Position numbers and translations under genes: made by a program. Below the pieces are notes generated by a model that was not told where the DNA came from, searched no databases, and was given only the letters and a program-made list of their open reading frames with translations. A stretch of 15,249 bases of DNA from Octopus sinensis (Eukaryota): assembly GCF_006345805.1 (NCBI RefSeq), contig NW_021825667.1:1-15249 (forward strand). The letters run 5' to 3'. Below are positions 10,136 to 15,249 of this stretch, one piece after another (position 1 is the stretch's first letter; each line of letters starts with the position of its first letter).

Positions 10136-10386
10136 TACTCTAAACTCTTCGGTTGCATATTTGTGTGAATAAAATCGTTTTTCTTTGGAATAGAAAAAAA
10201 AGGCTATCTCCATTTCTTCTTTTGCTGGTGTCTCAAATTTAGGTTAAATCAGTGTTTCTCAAAGGGGAGGCCTAAGGGACGGTCGGACGAGTTGTTTCGA
10301 GAAGATTTGACAACTCAGCACCGTCTATTGGACGGAGGGGGACGTTTTGCTCGTATATATATATATAGATATATATATATATATAC

Positions 10387-10627
10387 ACAAGATAAGAAAA
10401 TGGAGAAATACTTGTATTTATATTCTCTTTTTTATATATTCTAATTATTATACAACATTACTCTTTTATGTACACTTTTTTATGTACATTCCTTTATGTA
10501 CACTGATTTGTTCTGCTTTTTATATCTAACCCTACAGTCTCTTATGTGGTGGTTTATAAAGTATGTGATTGAGTATTATCTGATATTGATATTTGATTTA
10601 GATGTATTCTCCATTTTCTTATCTTGT
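10387..10627. repeat. ~24-bp inverted repeat (10387-10411 / 10604-10627) in an AT-rich segment
   Basis: ACAAGATAAGAAAATGGAGAAATAC versus GTATTCTCCATTTTCTTATCTTGT. Confidence 0.8.
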
Positions 10628-10794
10628 ATTATTAATTGTGGTAACATTTTACTTTGCCCACCTAATACAGTAAATGAATTAATTGCATCGCAATCCTTAA
10701 CATTTATGTATTAACTTTGTTGGGTACCTCACTAGCAGTATATTGGATATATGGTATCCCATAGAGGGTTGCATTTACAACCCCTATCTCAATT

Positions 10795-10838
<44 letters not shown>

Positions 10839-10933
10839 CTACTATTTGCGGTTGGAGCCCTGGCTGCTATTTCTAGTGGGTCGATTGTAGCCGTTCCTCA
10901 ATTGTTGTTAAATATATATATATATATATATAT

Positions 10934-11078
10934 AAAGGGAGAATTCACGAAAAAAACAAAAGACGAAGACAGGTGGTGTAGAAAACAAATAGATGCATTA
11001 GTATAACGCTCGAGAATTGAAAAAGTCTTTTATGTTTCGAGCTTCTGCTCTTCCACAGAAAGGAACACAGAAAGAAAC
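10934..11078 (-). mobile_element. Penelope-like element fragment with a degenerate minimal hammerhead motif
   Basis: Minus strand 11062-11027: CTTT CTGTGGA A GAGC AGAA GCTC GAAAC ATA AAAG; lies between (TA)n tracts. Confidence 0.55.
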
Positions 11079-11113
11079 CGATCTATCATGGTGACATATA
11101 TAAATATATATAT

Positions 11114-11154
<41 letters not shown>

Positions 11155-11155
<1 letters not shown>

Positions 11156-11296
11156 AAAAGGAAATGAAGAAAATGCTGACAAAATAATTTAAGTAATTTA
11201 AGTAATTTAATTAGGTGAAGTTCTTTCGGTAAAAAGCACTTTCACCTAATTAAATTACTTAAATTATTTTGTCAGCATTTTCTTCATTTCCTTTTT
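11155..11296. repeat. ~140-bp fold-back palindrome
   Basis: Arms 11155-11219 and 11241-11296 are perfectly complementary except one extra GTAATTTAA on the left. Confidence 0.92.
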
Positions 11297-11390
11297 TATA
11301 TCTCAAACTCGTGTTCCACATCTCCTTTTTTAAATAATATATATATATATATTATTATAATATATATATATATTATATATATATATATAT

Positions 11391-11422
<32 letters not shown>

Positions 11423-11424
<2 letters not shown>

Positions 11425-11588
11425 CGACGGGCTTCTTTCAGTTTCCCTCTACCAGATCCACTCAAAAGGCTTTGGTCGGCCCGAGGCAATAGTAGAAGAC
11501 CCTTGCCCAAGATGCCACGCAGTGGGATTGAACCTGGAACCATGTTGTTGGTAAGCAAGCTACTTATCACACAGCCACTCCTACGCCT
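11423..11588 (-). mobile_element. OK-like SINE 5' half; a further small fragment at 11611-11648
   Basis: GACGGGCTTCTTTCAG...GCCACTCCTACGCCT, preceded by (GA)n/(TA)n. Confidence 0.85.
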
Positions 11589-11659
11589 ATATATGTGGTG
11601 TGTGTGTGTGGCGGGCTTCTTTCAGTGTCCGTGTACCAAATCCATTCATAATGGTTTAT

Positions 11660-12361
11660 AAATATATGTATGTATGTATGTGTGTATGTATGTATGTATG
11701 TATGTATGTGTGTATGTGTCTAATGTGCGTGTAAGGAAACACAAACAGACACACACGCAAACAGACCCACACACACATTCATAGCACGCACACGCACATA
11801 CACATACGCACACAATTCTATTTTTAATCGGCAGAAATTCCTTAAAATGACTCGAATTACGACAGTTCCGTTCATGATACTTGTTAAGGAGAAAAGACAC
11901 GGAAACATAGGAACGCAAACACACACACACACATACACACACACATGCACACATATACACATACACATACAAAGACATACACAAACACACACACACACGC
12001 ACACATATACACACACAGACACACACACACACACATACACACATACACACGCACACACACACGCACACACACACACACACGCACACATATACACATACAC
12101 ACACGCACACGTATACACACACACATACACACACATATACACACACAAATACACACACATACACACACACATATATACACACACACATACGCATATACAC
12201 ACATATATACACATATACACACATATATACACATACATACACACACATACACACACATACACACACACATACACACACACGCACACATACACACACACAC
12301 ACACACACCGCACACACACACACACACACATACACACACACACACACACACGTGCACACAT
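11660..12361. repeat. (TATG)n and long degenerate (CA)n microsatellite with a short unique island
   Basis: Direct reading; source of the long V/C/Y and T/H ORFs. Confidence 0.92.
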
Positions 12362-12426
12362 GTTTTCGGAAAATATTTCCTTTCTTGTTAATGCGAGAGG
12401 AAGTCCTGGAATTTAGGTTTCACACA

Positions 12427-12471
12427 AACAAGGATGTGGTCAACAAGGATGTGGTCAACAAGGATGTGGTC
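12427..12471. repeat. Three perfect copies of 15-bp AACAAGGATGTGGTC
   Basis: Direct reading. Confidence 0.95.
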
Positions 12472-12629
12472 ATCTCAAACTTTCTTAAAAGTCGGTCACG
12501 GCTAAACAAGGCAAGAAGACAGACAAACGTTCTGACTCCGTGAAGTTCCTATCCAATACATCATCGCAGCTTGCTTTCAAAAATATTTGACATCGGGTCA
12601 CGTAGACCGCCTAGCTCTCGGTTCTTGGC

Positions 12630-12752
12630 GTCCAATATAGTATTATTGGACGCTCAGGAAAGAAGGAGGGTTTAACGTTTCGAGCGGAGCTCTTCGTCGG
12701 AAACATAGGAGAAGGAAAGATCCAGAGAAGGGAAGACATAGGGAAAAAATAT
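12630..12752 (-). mobile_element. Penelope-like fragment (family F) containing a minimal hammerhead motif
   Basis: Homologous to about 13659-13775; hammerhead-like motif at 12704-12670. Confidence 0.65.
12670..12704 (-). ncRNA. Putative minimal type I hammerhead ribozyme (variant core)
   Basis: GUUU-CCGACGA-A-GAGC(UCC)GCUC-GAAA-CGU-U-AAAC: stem I GUUU/AAAC, stem II GAGC/GCUC, palindromic ACGU stem III. Core has U4->C relative to CUGANGA. Confidence 0.55.
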
Positions 12753-12983
12753 GGCGGCGAGCTGGTAGAAACGTTAGCACGTCGGGCGAAATGCGTAGCC
12801 GTATTTCGTCTGCCGTTGCCTTCTGAGTTCAAATTCCGCCGAGGTCGACTTTGCCTTTCATTCTTTCGGGGTCGATTAAATAAGTACCAGTTACGCGCTG
12901 GGGTCGATATAATCGACTTAATCCGTTTGTCTGTCCCTGTTTGTCCTCTCTGTGTTTAGCCCCTTGTGGGTAATAAAGAAATA
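12753..12983 (+). mobile_element. Family B SINE, full-length monomer
   Basis: GGCGGCGAGCTGGTAGAAACGTTAGCAC (A-box-like), GAGTTCAAATTCC (B box), tail ...AAAGAAATA. Confidence 0.9.
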
Positions 12984-13081
12984 GGTTCTTGGCAAAGGAA
13001 TTCGGAAAAATCATCGATTAGAAAAAAAAAATTTTAACCAGATTCCGGGTTCAGTCCCACTGCATGGCACCTTCTACTATA

Positions 13082-13490
13082 TATTTCTTTACTACCCACA
13101 AGGGGCTAAACATAGAGGGGACAAACAAAGGGATTAAGTCGATTATATCGACCCCAGTGCGTAACTGGTACTTAATTTATCGACTCCGAAAGGATGAAAG
13201 ACAAAGACGACCTCGGCGGAATTTGAACCCAGAACACGTGACAGCAGACGAAATACCTATTTCTTTATTGCCCACAAGGGGCTAAACACAGAGAGGACAA
13301 ACAAGGACAGACAAAGGGATTAAGTCGATTACATCGATCCCAGTGCGTAACTGGTACTTAATTTATCGACCCCGAAAGGATGAAAGGCAAAGTCGACCTC
13401 GGCGGAATTTGAACCCAGAACACGTGACAGCAGACGAAATACGGCTACGCATTTCACCCCGCGTGCTAACGATTCTGCCAGCTCGCCGCC
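13082..13490 (-). mobile_element. Family B SINE dimer (full-length unit plus headless unit) with TSD
   Basis: Units 13082-13257 and 13258-13490; CCTTCTACTATA at 13070-13081 and 13489-13500. Confidence 0.92.
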
Positions 13491-13599
13491 TTCTACTATA
13501 GCCTCGGGCCGACCAAAGCCTTGTGAGTGGATTTGGTAGACGGAAACTGAAAGAAGCCCGTCGTATATATGTATATATATATATGTATATATATATATG

Positions 13600-13810
13600 T
13601 AAAGTTAATCCAAACAAGAAAGCACAAAAAAAACACAACAACTCGAGGACGTGGAACAAATATAGTATTATTGGACGCTCAGGAAATAAGGAGGATTTAA
13701 CGTTTCGAGCGGAGATCTTCGTCGGAAACATAGGAGAAGGAAAGATCCAGAGAAGGGAAGACAGAGAAAAGAAATCGCGAACGGTACACACGAGGTCACA
13801 TTTTGAAAGG
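13600..13810 (-). mobile_element. Penelope-like fragment (family F), second copy
   Basis: Homologous to 12636-12750; hammerhead-like motif at 13729-13695 with mismatches in stems I and II; inserted next to (TA)n. Confidence 0.65.
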
Positions 13811-13814
13811 ATAT

Positions 13815-14024
13815 ATCTTTTCTACTCTAGGCACAAGGCCCGAAATTTTGGGGGGATGGGGCCAGTCGATTAGATCGACCCCAGTATGCAACTGGCACTT
13901 TATTTATCGACCTTGAAAGAATGAAAAGCCAAGTTGACCTCGGCGGAATTTGAACTCAGAACGTAAAGACAAACGAAATACCGCTAAGCATTTCGCCCGG
14001 TGTGCTAACGTTTCTGTGAAGCTC

Positions 14025-14027
<3 letters not shown>
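13815..14027 (-). mobile_element. Family B-related SINE with an alternative 3' tail
   Basis: Same head and core as family B, but the tail is ...GGCCTTGTGCCTAGAGTAGAAAAGA instead of ...GCCCCTTGTGGGTAGTAAAGAAATA. Confidence 0.85.
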
Positions 14028-14100
<73 letters not shown>

Positions 14101-14426
14101 TCTTCCCTCAATCATCGGTTGTCAACCAATGCTGGTGTGTGTTACGTCCGTCCCCGTAACTTACGGTTCGGCAAAGAGACCGATAGAATAAGTACTAGGA
14201 TTACAAAATAAGTCCTGGGGTCGATTTGCTCGACTAAAGGCGGTGCTCCAGCATGGTCACAATCAAATGACTGAAACAAGTAAAAGAGTAAAAGAGAGGG
14301 TCAAATAAACCTGGTTTTGCATTGACCATTCTTTCCTCTGTTCTCTTTGACTCACAGACGGTGAGTTTCGCATCGCCTTCATTTGATTTTTGGTTTTAGG
14401 AAATATTTCAAAAGCCTTGGATTAAA

Positions 14427-14934
14427 TCTCTCTCTATATAAACGGCAGTTTGTCTGTCTGTGTGTCTGTCAGGTTGTACCCTCACCCTGACCACGGCTTT
14501 CAACCGATTCTGATGAAACTTGACACACACACATATCCCAATGTCATAATTCAAAACTAACGCAGCGAAAATTTTGAAAAGTTCCCCCAGTTCTGAAAAA
14601 ATTGATAAATTCGACATGGGGTCGAGAATCTAAGCATCTTATATGCAACACATTTTCTGTTGTAGTTTTCGCAACTTGCAATCGATTTTCACCAAACTCA
14701 TGGTGAAGCTTAATGTTACCCTAAGAAGCTTAATTCTGACGTTAGTTTTCCATGCAATACCTTACCATCAGAAAAAAATCGATAAATTCATGCCATTTTG
14801 GGAAATCGCGTTCAAATTCAAGATGACATATTTTCGACAATATCTTTCATAAATTGGTAGGAATTTTTTTAAAAATTCACAGCGAGCATCATGTCTGCTC
14901 CAGGGGCTCTTACATACCCGGGCTATGCTGCTAG
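14427..14934 (+). mobile_element. Non-autonomous Helitron (second family)
   Basis: A|TCTCTCTCTATATAAACGGCAGTTTGTCTGTCTG...CCCGGGCTATGCTGCTAG|T. Termini resemble those of 6113-6622; subterminal hairpin is degenerate. Confidence 0.65.
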
Positions 14935-14961
14935 TACTCAATAATTTGTATTTACATTTTT

Positions 14962-15166
14962 CGACTTCACACAACAATATGTTTTGGGTTTCATTTCCAC
15001 TACGCGGCCCTTTGGGCGAGTGTCTTCTACCATTATATATGTGTGCGTGTGCATGTGTGTTTGCGTGCGTGCGTGTGTGTGTGTGCGTGTGTGTGTGTGT
15101 GTGTGCGTGTTTGTGCGTGTGTGTGTGTGTTTGTGCGTGTGTGTGTGTGTTTGTGCGTGTGTGTGT

Positions 15167-15209
<43 letters not shown>

Positions 15210-15249
15210 GCGTGTGTGTTTGTGACTGTTTGTCCCCTAGCCACCGTCT
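14962..15249 (+). mobile_element. Old, degenerate OK-like SINE with expanded (TG)n, cut by the window edge
   Basis: TTGGGCGAGTGTCTTCTAC and TGTTTGTCCCC flank the microsatellite. Confidence 0.6.

Larger units (their letters stand above)
13037..14296 (+). mobile_element. OK-like SINE split by nested insertions
   Basis: Colinear pieces at about 13037-13081, 13491-13600 and 14028-14296. Confidence 0.75.

Noticed and set aside
9626-10168. 180-aa ORF and other recurring 'QIHSQG..RPEAIVEDTCPRCH' ORFs
   Set aside because: They are antisense translations of the OK SINE; recurrence reflects the repeat, not a protein family.
10250-10263. hAT-like TIR CAGTGTTTCTCAAA
   Set aside because: No matching opposite end or 8-bp TSD was found.
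11646-12416. Long ORFs (148-237 aa) rich in V/C/Y or T/H; similar ones at 226-504, 972-1860 and 14768-15244
   Set aside because: They are stop-free translations of dinucleotide microsatellites.
12977-12986. Monomer ending AAGAAATAGGT as evidence of a multimer-derived template
   Set aside because: The GGT here overlaps the putative TSD GGTTCTTGGC. Only the copy ending at 4127 shows it independently, which is too little evidence.

Overview
AT-rich, microsatellite-dense eukaryotic non-coding DNA. The repeat families match my recollection of Octopus (cephalopod) repeats. No host gene is supported: the supplied ORFs are translations of (TA)/(TG)/(CA) tracts or SINEs. The window is a nested mosaic of tRNA-derived SINEs (about 11 OK-like copies or fragments, one OR1-like copy, an OR2-like trimer, and a MetaSINE-like 'family B'), a decayed 3' end of an RTE-clade LINE, two non-autonomous Helitrons, and Penelope-like fragments with minimal hammerhead-ribozyme motifs. 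The most notable signal is SINE multimerisation. Family B forms head-to-tail arrays of a 184-bp unit joined at the same nucleotide, in the loop of a 12-bp hairpin in its tRNA-like head, and each array is bounded by a single target-site duplication (TSD). Also notable: a ~470-bp near-perfect SINE palindrome, fold-back structures next to (TA)n tracts, a TSD-flanked Penelope-fragment/SINE chimera, and an unexplained ~195-bp duplicated segment with possible compensatory base changes.
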